Notes under the pieces: model-generated
Databases searched by the model: none
What the model was told of the DNA's origin: nothing
What the model saw: the letters and a program-made list of their open reading frames with translations, nothing else
Assembly: GCF_963921235.1 (NCBI RefSeq)
Contig: NC_086097.1
Location: forward strand, 75,456,001-75,520,000
Length of the DNA stretch: 64,000 bases
Reading direction: 5' to 3'
Origin: Mobula hypostoma
Lineage: Eukaryota
In this document: one piece after another, positions 47,941-59,082 of the stretch
How positions within the stretch are numbered: position 1 is the first letter of the stretch
Layout of the letters: each line of letters starts with the position of its first letter
Translations under genes and position numbers: made by a program

Positions 47941-50900
47941 TTAAAAACTATTTGTCAGCAAAGCACAGATCCTGAAAAATGAGGAAAAAGTTTCACCTTC
48001 CCTATTCTGCAAGCCTGAGTGTAACCTTTTAAGGCCTCTGCATCACCCATTGGCACCTAAACTTGTATCATTAGCAAACTTGGAAATATTACATTCGGTG
48101 TCTTCATTCAAATCATGATTTTGATAGTGAACAGCTGGAGCCCAATCATACCATCATGACACCATAATCTGCATTCTCTTTTCTACACTTTGATTTAATT
48201 ATGAATGGCACAGTATGTAAGACTGAAAGCTTTTCACTGCATCTTGGTACATATAAATCTATACCAATACTATCTCATATCCTACAGATAAAATGAGTAT
48301 TTATAATCTGGGTGGACCTGTACACCACATACATTAGTTTCGCCAAAATCTATTCTGTGAATTGTGACAGTTATTTTCTCAAATATACTTTTCCTTTCAC
48401 AAATCCCTGTTCATTCTGCCCAATAATATTGCTTTTTTCTAATCTGTCATCACCTCCTTAATGAGAGCTTCCATCATTTTCTGACTACTTCTTTCAGGCT
48501 AACTGGTCTGTGGATCCTAGTTTTTTTCTCTTCCTCCTTTTGAGATCGTAAAGAGCCAACTATAGGCTTCAGCTGGGCCTTGGCTGGGTGATAGATAGCT
48601 CATTGCAGGTGATTCATTAGGTCAATATATAGATAACATGACAACCCAATGGGAATGGTCCACACAACTGGACAATAGTGGAAAGATGCTGGAATAGGAT
48701 CGAGGAAGATGGGAAAAGAATGATTACTTTATTTATAGTTTATGGAAATTTTAGGATTATGGCAGTGGCACAAGCCAGAAGTTTCAGGAAAGAAAAGCAA
48801 AGGCTCAGGGAACTACATGATGCTCAGGGATGTTGCACAGGGTTGCCTGCCTCCTGGTGGAAGGAGACTTATTTTCAATGGCCGTTCAGTGATTGCATAT
48901 CTCTGATCCAATGACATTGGCATTGGACGCCAGTGATTGGTGAAAGGGGCATGGTATACAGCAGCTGTGAGAGAAAGATTGGGGAGGTGTGGTAGTGTGA
49001 TACAGAACAGGAAGTTTGGAGTGCCGGTGTCTCTCAACGTATACATGGAACCTAGGAGGACACTCTTGGCTTTTTTGTGGGACAAATTCACACAATCTTG
49101 AATTTCCTTCTTGCCTCCTTTCCACATCACCGCAGGATAGTGCGGTTGGTACTTGGACACATCAATTGCATTAGAGTCCCGGCTCCATCGTAAAACACCT
49201 TTTTTCCTGTGATGATGAGACTCCCACCAAAAACCTCATTGGAACATGAGAGCCATGAGAATATCAGGAAAGCCCTATCAGCCTCTCTTGATGTTATAGT
49301 AAAATTGGCCTTAACATTTTGCTCACCAATTATGATCTCCTTGAATGAATGTTTGTTATAAATGTTTTCTAATGTATAATACAATATTTCAAATTTAGGC
49401 AATGTCTTAATTAACTGGATTATCTCTGTCAATTTTAACTGACAAGGAATTCACTAGCTGCACCCTAGCGTATGACTGCAGGACTGAAATACCTTCCTGG
49501 AGCTGTTAGCTCCTCCAAGGACATGTCTGTACAACGAGTGTGATCATTGATAACATTGCTTATAGGTGGCCTTAATTTTTCATTAATCTCATTTGTCGCT
49601 ATCTCTGGTGAAATAGTTTGATTGACAAGCCAGTCAGGGTGAGGTTAACAAAGTTTTGTGAGTTTTATTTGTTATTGATAAGAGACAAGGTAAAACACTA
49701 ATTGAATACATGAGAGCCAGTGTGTATTAGATTGCAAATGCCTGATCGAATATGATCTAAGAAACTAAACAGTTTTAGGGTCTGTTAGTGCTCAGATGGA
49801 AGCTGACATAGGAATTTTAGTATACTTTTCTGGAGGGGGGATAGGTGTCATCGGGTCACACATGATGTGAATGACACATGGCGCAAAACTTGTTAAAACA
49901 ACTAAGGAGTCCCGTTCGTCACAGTGGCCTTGGGCTTACTTTAACTTTGAATGTTGGGAATATGCAAATGATGATATAACAGAACTGGGTGGAAAAAAAA
50001 TAGCAGAATTCAAATTCAGCAGAATTTGCCCTGAAAATCATTGAGCTCAAAGTGTGGATTTGAGAATAAGAGCCGAGGTTTTCAGATGTGAATTTAGGAA
50101 ATACTTTTACATATTTGTGGAAGTCTCATCCAGAAATGCTAATTGTCTGTCTATGAATTTGTTCACTTTAAATCCAAGATTAATGGATTTTCATTAATCA
50201 AAGCCATTCAAGGACATTGGAAAGGGAAGTCATAGATCAGTTATTACCTCATTAAATTGTGGATTGGGCTCAAGGCAGCAAATGTCCCAAGTACTTCTGT
50301 GTACAATATGTCCTACTGAATCTGTGTTTAATTGTTGCTGATACATATCATTGCATGCTTAATTCTAAAGAATGCCAGTGCTCTGAACCCTGTTTTTTTT
50401 CAGGAGTAACAACAGATAGCAGCTAATAACTGAGCAGTCTGTAGACACATTGGTTGTAATATAGAGTCAGGGCAGAAAGTAAACACCTGATTATCTTATT
50501 CCTCTTTTCTTCAGGGTTATTTTAAGAATATGTGATGTACTTTCCTTGTCTCAGTCTCTACTTTTTTTCTCATTTGGTGGTGCAATCTAAGTTAGTGCCT
50601 ACTACCTTTTAACATTTCCATCTGTAGCCCCTTTGGGTTATGGGCAGGGTGTGGATAAGATTTACTGAGGATCTATCAGAGATAAGAAACTTTAGTCATC
50701 CACATAATACAGCACTTCATCAACAGTAGTCTGATAGGAGTATATAAAATTGTGTAATTTTAATAAGATAAATCAGAGGGAAGTTATGTCTGTTGCACTG
50801 TCATTGATTAAACAGAGGAGTAGATTTACGCTAGTCCTCAAAAAAAACAAAACAGTTGCAATTTTATGTGATGAACGCTAAAGACATGGAAACTTAGTGA

Positions 50901-52931
50901 GATATAATTTTTTAAAGAGAAGTGAAAATACATTTATTAAAAAGAAGTAGTTATCAAAATGGGAGAGAAGTAAATGGCTCCCAGCTGCAAAGAGCCATCT
51001 GTGTTGTAAAATTCGATGATTCCATGAACACAATTCTGGTTCTATCAAACTCCAGAAAAATTATCACTCTTAATATAACTTTATGCTGGAGGGAAACATC
51101 TTCTCATCATGATTTCATTCTTATTCAAAAGCCTGGTTAAGCACTGCATACATTTCCTTTCTCTACATCTTTGCCTGGAGTATCATACACAAGGCCCATG
51201 GCAAATAATGGGCCTGCTGTATAATCTGATATTGGCCTGATGCTGTTGCAATGCTCATCTAAGGGGAGGGAGAAAGAGGTGAGTAGAGGAGTGCCTACCA
51301 GAGAAGTAACTTGAGAATGTACCACACAGTGTATCTATCGTCCTACAGATGTATATATGTATGTGTAATTTTCCTGTAAGCTCAAAAATTTGCAGGTGTC
51401 CTTCAGATCCTAAATAGAGTCTGAACAAACCCTGCAGCGAGTCTTATGGTGTAAGATAAGAACTGTAGCATATTGCATGAGCAAATGACTAAATAAAATG
51501 GTTCTGTTGCAAAAGCTGGTTCCAGTATTTTTCAGTAAATTTCTGTATCTTAACAACGATAAAAAAAATTTGAAACATCCCTAGTAATTTAGCATAATTC
51601 TTTCCATATTCCTACTGAATTAATTGGACGTAACATGCAAGAAAATCACTAAGTATTACAATTGATGAATTATCTAGATTTATTCTCACCATTATGGAGG
51701 TGAATTTTTGCTGTCTGCTTGCCTTTGATGATCAAAATTTTCTGTTATTGTTCAATCAACTGTTTAAAGCTCCAAAAGAGGTCAAAAAGACTTTTTTTTC
51801 AGAAGCCTCATTATCCTCAGTGCTTTTAAGATGATACTTTCCTGTGGTTTGCTAATCTTTCAGGTGTCTGGATAAGAGTATTACAAATATATAAGGTATT
51901 TCATATCATAAACATTGTATGAGTAATGCAAAAATTAGTGAATAAAGGCTGTGTTAGGTTTCTAAGGGAGATCATTTTACATTTACTAAAAGAAGAAAGG
52001 CTTAAGTTTTCAGAACAATCAGATCTTGGTGTCTTCAGGGTTATTACAGAAGCAATGTGATTGTAATAAAAATTGTCATCCTGCTGAGCATATTCGGATC
52101 ATGAACAATGTTCCCAGTTATGTGCTGGAGCTTCAGTCACTTCGAGTGTATTGGTTCGAATTGACTCCACTCTATTAGACACTAAAGGAAAGGAGATAAA
52201 ATAGATCTTAATGAATAGTGGTCTTTAGGCGTAGGGGTTCCAAAGAATACTACGTTATGTGTATCCATGTCACCATCGAGCAGAAATCAATGGCAGCACT
52301 CTCACTACTTAGTCAGAAGGTTTAAAGTGCTTCTCTGCCTGACGCTTTATTCAATGAATCACCTGGTCCCGATGGATTAATCGCTTGGTTGCTGAGTGAT
52401 GGTTTGATAGAAATAGCAGAAGCTCTCTTCACAATCCTCCAATTATCCTAAAATGTTGGCAGAGGGTTGCCAAATAATTGCAGAAATACAAATAGTACAC
52501 CAGTCATCATGTAATAGGGAAAGCATCTGGGAACCGAAGATCAGTTTAAGATCCTGGTGATGAAGGTGCCAGAAGCTATTGAACTATTGTCAAGGGCAAA
52601 TTAATTGGAATAAAATTTGTCAGACGTTACTTACAGGTAAATGACCAATTCCTTGCAATTAAGAGAGAAAATTGATGAAAGTTAATAGAACAGATGCTAG
52701 AATTTCATAGGACATTTGATTTATGTTTCTAATAATAACTTGACACAGAAAATTGGAAATCATAAAACTGGAGATGTGGAAAGTCCGACATTTTTAAAAA
52801 GTGCTGGGAACACTGAAGGGGTCAGTCAGCATCTGTAGAAAGAGAAACGGTGTTAATGTTTCAGCTCAAAAGCTCTGTCAAAACTGGGAAAGAGAGAAGG
52901 CAAGTTTGTTTTGATGGGCAAAAGGGAATAT

Positions 52932-53217
52932 TGTGGAGACCCACTTTCCAGCGCACTCGAACTGGCTCACAAAATGGCGCACACCGGCAGAGAGGTTGGC
53001 CCCAAAAAGGGTGCCAGGCCATCTTCACCAGCGGGGAGAAAAACCCGCGTGTGGGAAGGGTCTGCGAATATGCGTTCCCCACAGCAGTCTCGCCCAAGGA
53101 AAGCGGGAATGGGAAGGCTTTAAAGGAGGCTGTGAAGTTTGAATAAACCTTTTTTCACAACTACAACTCACTGACTACGTGTCGTTATTCTAACGCTGTG
53201 TGTAGCACATCGCTACA
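52932..53217 (+). repeat. 5' LTR (286 bp)
   Basis: tgtggagac...cgctaca with aataaa. About 40 substitutions versus the 3' LTR by manual count. Confidence 0.95.
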
Positions 53218-53219
53218 TT

Positions 53220-53233
53220 TGGTAACCCCGACG
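53220..53233 (+). promoter_or_regulatory. primer binding site, tRNA-Trp
   Basis: tggtaaccccgacg, 2 nt after the LTR; one mismatch to the tRNA-Trp PBS tggtgaccccgacg. Confidence 0.85.
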
Positions 53234-53257
53234 GCCCAATCGATATTTGGACCAGAG

Positions 53258-53961
53258 ATGACCGACGCCGCATCTGTTCATGCAGTTTTGTTAAAACTGT
53301 CAAGCTTCTGGATGCTGCAACCTCACCTATGGTTTGGACAAGCAGAAGCCCAATTCCACATTTGGCAGGTAACCTTGCATTCCACTTATTACTACTACAT
53401 GGTGAGCTCCCTCGACCAGGAGACAGCTGCACAAGTTGAGGAGTTTATACAGTCACCCCAGGAGGACAGCAAGTACACAGCATTCAAAGCCCTGCTCATA
53501 AGGATTTTGGACTCTCACAGCGCGAGCGAGCTGCCTGTTTACTGCACCTGGATGGTTTGGGAGACAGGCCGCCATCGGCATTAATGAACGAAACACTGGC
53601 CCTGGCTGAAGGACACAAACCCTGCCTCATTTTTGAGCAGGCGTTCCTACAGCAGCTGCCCGAGGACATATGCCTGCTGCTGTCCGACGCAGATTTCAGC
53701 AACCCCCGGAAGGTGGCAGCCCAGGCAGATGTGCTGTGGAATGCCAAGAAGGAGAGAGGGGCGTCCGTTGCACAGATCACCAAGCTGCGTGCCCAAAGGC
53801 AGACCAGACCAGGCCCGGCAGCAGAGCCGACAAAACCCGGTGACGGGAGTGAGGAGCCCAATGAACAATGGTGCTTCTACCACCAGCGGTGGGGCACAGA
53901 GGCCCACAGCTGTAGACAGCCCTGCAAATTCCTGGGAAACGCCAGGGCCAGCCGCCGCTGA
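53258..53961 (+). pseudogene. gag (frameshifted)
   Basis: MTDAASVHAVLLKLSSFW..WFGQAEAQF; LGDRPPSALM; CFYHQRWGTEAHSCRQPC. Confidence 0.9.
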
Positions 53962-53979
53962 TGGCTACGGTGGCTGGCC
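53934..53979 (+). promoter_or_regulatory. programmed -1 ribosomal frameshift signal (gag-pol)
   Basis: In-frame slippery heptamer G GGA AAC (53934-53940), 5-nt spacer, 12-bp stem ggccagccgccg / cggtggctggcc (53946-53957 / 53968-53979). Pol is in the -1 frame and open from the slip site. Confidence 0.8.
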
Positions 53980-56900
53980 ATCAGGACAGCCTCCTGTATG
54001 TCTGGGACAAGCAGTCGGGACGCTGCTTTTTGGTTGACACTGGAGCGGAGATCAGCGTTTTACCTCCAACGAATTACGACACCCGCAACAGAGAACTGGG
54101 ACCCACCCTGAGCACTATAAATGGCAGCACAATACGGACCTATGGCACCCGCACGGTGCAGCTACAGTTCAGCTCCAGCCAGTTCACGTGGGACTTCACA
54201 CTGGCCGCCGTGGCCCAACCACTCCTGGGGGGGGGGGTGGATTTTCTGCGAGCTCACAGCCTGCTGGTCGACTTGCAAGGGAAGTGACTAGTCCACGCCA
54301 AGACTTTTCAAACGTTCTCCCTGGGTGAAGCCAAGTTGCCAGCCCCACACCTGGACTCCATCATGCTGTCCGATAATGAATTCACCAGGATCCTGATGAA
54401 TTTCCCATCAGTTCTGACACCGCAGTTCACGGCAGCCATGCCCAGACACAGAGTACAGCACCACATCCTGAGCCAGGGACCACCCCTCCACGCCCGTGCT
54501 CGAAGGCTTCCCCAGAACAAGCTCCGACTGGCGAAGGAGGGGTTCAAGAAGATGGAGGAATTGGGGATCATACAACAGTCCGACAGCCCATGCCCTGCAC
54601 ATGATGCCCAAGGTAACGGGGTGCTGGAGACCATGCGACGACTATCGCAGACTGAATGTGGCTACAATGCCAGACCGCTACCCTGTGCCGCACATTCAAG
54701 ACTTTGCAGCAAACCTACACGGTGCAAGGATCTTTTCCAAGGTAGACCTCATCCGGGGATACCATCAAATCCTGGTACATATGGACGACATCCCCAAAAC
54801 AGCACTCATCACCCCGTTCGGCCTTTTTGAATTCCTCCAAATGCCATTTGGCCTAAAGAATGCCGCACAGACGTCCCAGCGGCTAATGGACGCGGTGGGA
54901 TGCGACCTGGACTTTGCATTCATCTATTTGTACGACATCCTCATAGCCAGCAGTAGTCGTCAGGAGCATCTGTCCCACCTCCGTCAATCTACGCCCAACT
55001 GAGCGAATTCGGCCTTACAATTAATCCGGCCAGATGCCAGTTCAGACTGGATACCATCGACTTCCTGAGCCACAGGATTACTAAAGACAGGGCAACCCCT
55101 CTGCCCACCAAGGTAGACACAGTCTGCCACTTCCCCCGACCCAACACAGTCAAAGGCCTGCAGGAATTCGTGGGTATGGTGAAGTTCTACCACCGTTTCC
55201 TCCCCTCAGCAGCCCAAACCATGCGCCCCCTGTTCACTCTAATGTCGGGTAAGGGCAAGGACATTACCTGGGACGAAGAGGCCGCAACCGCTTTTGTTAA
55301 AACCAAAGAAGCCTTGGCAAACACCGCGATGCTAGTGCACCCCAGAATGGACATTCCTACTGCCCTCACGGTGGATGCATCCAACACAGAGGTCGGTAGA
55401 GTGCTGGAACAACTCATTGAGGGTCGCTGGCAACCTCTGGCGTTCTTCAGCAAACACCTACGACCACCTGAACTCAAATACAGTGCTTTCGACCGGGAGC
55501 TATTGGCACTATACCTGGCAATCTGGCATTTCAGGTACTTCTTAGAAGGTAGGCCCTTCACCACGTTCACGGACCACAAACCGCTTACCTTTGCGTTCAC
55601 TAAGGTGTCCGATCCCTGGTCGTCCCAACAGCAGCGACATCTGTCCTACATCTCCGAATACACAACAGACATCCGGCATGTCTCGGGAAAGGACAACATC
55701 GTGTTGGACGCATTATCCAGACCTACCATACAGGCCCTGTCCCAGGGGGTGGACTATGCAGCGCTGGCAGAGGCACAGCAGGCAGACACTGAGATCCCTA
55801 GTTACAGAGCTGCGGTCTCCAGTTTACAGCTCCAAGACCTCCCCGTAGGCCCAGGTGAGAGGACCCTTCTGTGTGACGTAGCAAGCGGCCAACCCCGCCC
55901 CATCGTCCCGGCAGCCTGACAGCGGCAAGTTTTCAACCATTTACAACTTAGCACACCCCTCCATCAGGACAACCGTCCGGCTCGTCTCCAACAGATTCGT
56001 GTGGCATGGACTTCGTAAACAGGTCAGTGAATGGGCCAAAACGTGCATGCAGTGCCAAACGGCCAAGGTACAGCGGCACACCAAGGCTCCACCACAGCAG
56101 TTCAATCCCACCTGCCAGAGGTTCAACCACATTCATGTGGATATCGTGGGGCCCCTGCCAGTGTCACGAAGAGCGTGGTACCTCCTAACTATCGTAGACC
56201 GGTTCACCAGATGGTCAGAGGCAGTCCCGCTCACTGACACCACCTCCAAATCCTGCGCCCGAGCACTGATTGCAACCTGGATAGCCTGCTTCGGGGTACC
56301 AGCCCACATTACCTCCGACAGCGGTGCCCAGTTCACCTCCAGCCTGTGGTCGGCTATGGCCAACCTTTTAGGAACACAGCTACACCACACAACTGCCTAC
56401 CACCCACAGTCGAACGGACTAGTGGAGCGTTTCCACCGTCACCTGAAATCGGCTCTCATGGCCCACCTGGAGGGGCCTAACTCTGTGGACGAACTTCCCT
56501 GAGTCCTGCTTGGAATCCGCACGGCACCCAAAGAGGATCTACACACCTCGTCGGCTGAGTTGGTGTACAGTGCACCCCTGGTAGTCCCAGGAGAGTTCAT
56601 ACCAGCCCCAAGGGGGCAAGAGGAGGAACCCACAGCAGTCCTGGACAGACTACGTGAGAGGCTCAGTAACCTGGCCCCCATACCCACTTCACAGCACGGA
56701 CAGAGCCCGACCTGCGTACCCAAAGACATGCAGAACTCTAAGTTTCTTTCTGTACGACAGGACGGACACCGGGCACCGCTACAGCGGCCCTATGAGGGGC
56801 CGTTTAAGGTGACCAGGAATAACGGGTCCACGTTCGTGCTGGACATTGGGGGGAGAGAGGAGGTTTTCATGGTGGACCAACTCAAACCAGCCCACGTGGA

Positions 56901-57000
56901 CTTGGCGCAACCGGTCCAGGCTTGGGCACCGCGGCGCAGAGGCAGACCTCCCAAACAGAGGCCGATCCAGACTGTGGACATTGGGGGATGTATCGCCAGT
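53940..57000 (+). pseudogene. pol (protease, RT, RNase H, integrase), disrupted
   Basis: LVDTGAEIS; DYRRLN, MPFGLKNA, YLYD (YLDD mutated); TVDASN, DRELLA, TDHKPL; HVDIVGP, TSDSGAQF, NGLVERFH; YEGPF. Confidence 0.93.
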
Positions 57001-57026
57001 TCTTGTGGGGGGGGGGGAGAGGGGTA

Positions 57027-57307
57027 TGTGGAGACCCACTTTCCAGTGCACTCGAACCGGCTCACAAAACGGCTAGCACTGGTAGAGAGGCCAGCCCCAA
57101 AAAGGGCGCCAGGCCATCTTCACCAGCAGGGGGAAAATCCCGCGCGCGGGAAGGGTCTACGAATATGTATTCCCCACAGTAGTCCCACCCGGGTAGGGCA
57201 GGAACAGGAAGGCTTTAAAGGAAGCCGCGAAGTTTGAATAAACCTTTTTTTCGCAACTCACCGACTAAGTGTCGTTATTCTAGTTCTGTGTGTAGCACAC
57301 CGCTACA
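57027..57307 (+). repeat. 3' LTR (281 bp), preceded by polypurine tract 57007-57024
   Basis: Direct repeat of 52932-53217, with a G-rich PPT immediately upstream. Confidence 0.95.
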
Positions 57308-57950
57308 ATATCTCTAATAGCTATGTATAAGATGTAACCGTAGGGATAAGATGTGAATGATCTCATGATATTAAAGAGCTAATGATAACTTTAGTAGCAA
57401 GAGGACAGGAAGTAGAAGTAGTGAATGGATATTTTTGTGTCTGGAGAAAATTGTGCTTTAGGCTCCTCAGAGGTCTATTGCTTCTCTTGTTATACATAAG
57501 TAACCTGAGCTTGGATATAGCACAGTCAATTTTGAAGTTTATGGATGATATAAAACTTGTAATACAATATATTGTGCATGATAACAACAGATCTAAGGGT
57601 GAAATAGACTGATGAACTAAGAGACACTGGCAGGTGCAGTTGTTCAAGAGATGAGTGAAAGGATGCACTTTCGGAAGAACAAGCTGGAGAAGTGATGGTT
57701 TGTAGTGTTTTATTGCAATCTATAGACCAATAGAAGAAAAGTAGAGAAGCAATGTTCAATGTATTACTTTTAGGGGGAAAAAAACAAAACCATTACTATG
57801 GTGAACTGTCCCAGTAAGAATATTTGATATTAATCTTTGAAGGAGGTACACAGTCAGTGGGACTTTGGTGTATATGGAATCATTGAATCTTACAGTACAG
57901 CCCTTCAACCAACCGTGTCCAGAACTGACCAGCCATCACATCAGCCATTT

Positions 57951-58710
57951 TAAAGGTTCAAAGGTTCATTTCTTATCAAAGTATACAACTCCAAACTACT
58001 TCTTCTCCCGGTAGCCTTGAAACTAAGAAAGAAAAGAAAGGCAGCACAATCACCGAGCACCAAATCCCCCCTCCCCACACAGAAAAGCAAACAAAAATGG
58101 AACAGGCACATCAACCCTGCAAATCCTCCCTCCCCCACAAAAAAACAAACAAAATGTGACAGGCGCATCGACCCCCAAATTCCATTCCACCCGGCTGTAC
58201 AAAAAACTAGGAAGATCAGGTTAAAAACACAGAATACAAAAAACTAGAAGACCGATAAAGTCTACAGTCCAAGTCCATATACACAATGCAGAAAATGTGG
58301 GCAACGTTGCCCAGGCACAGCAGCAGGCTCTCCTCTTTCCAGTAGCTTAGCAACGCAATCCTCAGCGATCAAAGGGCAGGCAGCCAGTGCTCACCCGTCA
58401 CATTCGCCTCAATGTTTCAATCTCCCTTATCACTTTCATCGGCAAAATAGAGTCAAGCATTGGCTTCCCACATTCTGCCCGCTATAAGGTTCACTCACGC
58501 TGCCTCTGTCTCTTGGAATCCTCTCAGAGACTGCAAAGCCATAGAACACCTAAATGATCTCCAAACAGCAAGTCATAGGCTCCAATAATTCCAGAATCAC
58601 ATCGAAGATGAAAAACAAACATAAAAGACATTAAAAAATGAGATATATGGTTTCATGATCTATCCAAAAGATGTTGACTGAAGGTGTGTTGTATGCAGCA
58701 CATTAATTGA
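57951..58710 (-). mobile_element. probable non-autonomous retroposon with (tgaacctt)n tail
   Basis: Rex1-type tail ctttgataagaaatgaacctttgaaccttt on the minus strand and no coding similarity. Appears to split the neighbouring SINE. Confidence 0.5.
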
Positions 58711-58714
58711 CAAC

Positions 58715-58975
58715 CAATCCTATACTAACCCTATTTTATTCTCGTATTCCCTTCAACGACCCAGATTTTAACATTCACCTCCACACAAGAGGAAATTAGT
58801 CATTGCCAAGTAACCAACCAGCCTGCATTTCTTCAGCATGTAAGAGGAAAGCAAAGTATCTGGAGGAAACCCACACAGTCACAGGGAGAACGTGCAAACT
58901 CCACAAAGATAAAATTGGATTAAAGCAGGTCATTGGAACAGTGGGACAGCAGCTCTACTAACTGTTCTATTGGTG
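58715..58975 (-). mobile_element. V-SINE-like element (degenerate)
   Basis: ggaggaaacccacacagtcacagggagaacgtgcaaactcc is the reverse complement of the V-domain core seen at about 1637-1700. Confidence 0.75.
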
Positions 58976-59082
58976 TTGCCCCAGCTATTACAATATTGGT
59001 GGTCTTAAGGATACAAACACATGTGACTAATTGCTCTCTGGGTTATAGTGTAGATGGGCAAATGGATCAGCATGGATGTGAT

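Larger units (their letters stand above)
52932..57307 (+). mobile_element. full-length Ty3/Gypsy LTR retrotransposon, CsRN1 clade (decayed)
   Basis: Two TG...CA LTRs, 4-bp TSD atat (52928-52931, 57308-57311), PBS, PPT. Gag with C-x2-H-x9-C-x3-C. Pol order PR-RT-RH-IN with several frameshifts and stops. Confidence 0.96.
52400..57860 (+). mobile_element. old CR1 fragment hosting nested Penelope remnant (about 52770-52931) and Gypsy insertion
   Basis: Degenerate CR1 RT before 52770 and after 57340 (ILKFMDDIKL). The pLTR-like sequence aaagggaatat|ctctaatag is split by the Gypsy element. Confidence 0.55.

Noticed and set aside
51990..52180. Possible host coding exon (NNQILVSSGLLQKQCDCNKNCHPAEHIRIMNNVPSYVLELQSLR)
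   Set aside because: No recognisable protein similarity, weak donor site and no partner exons.
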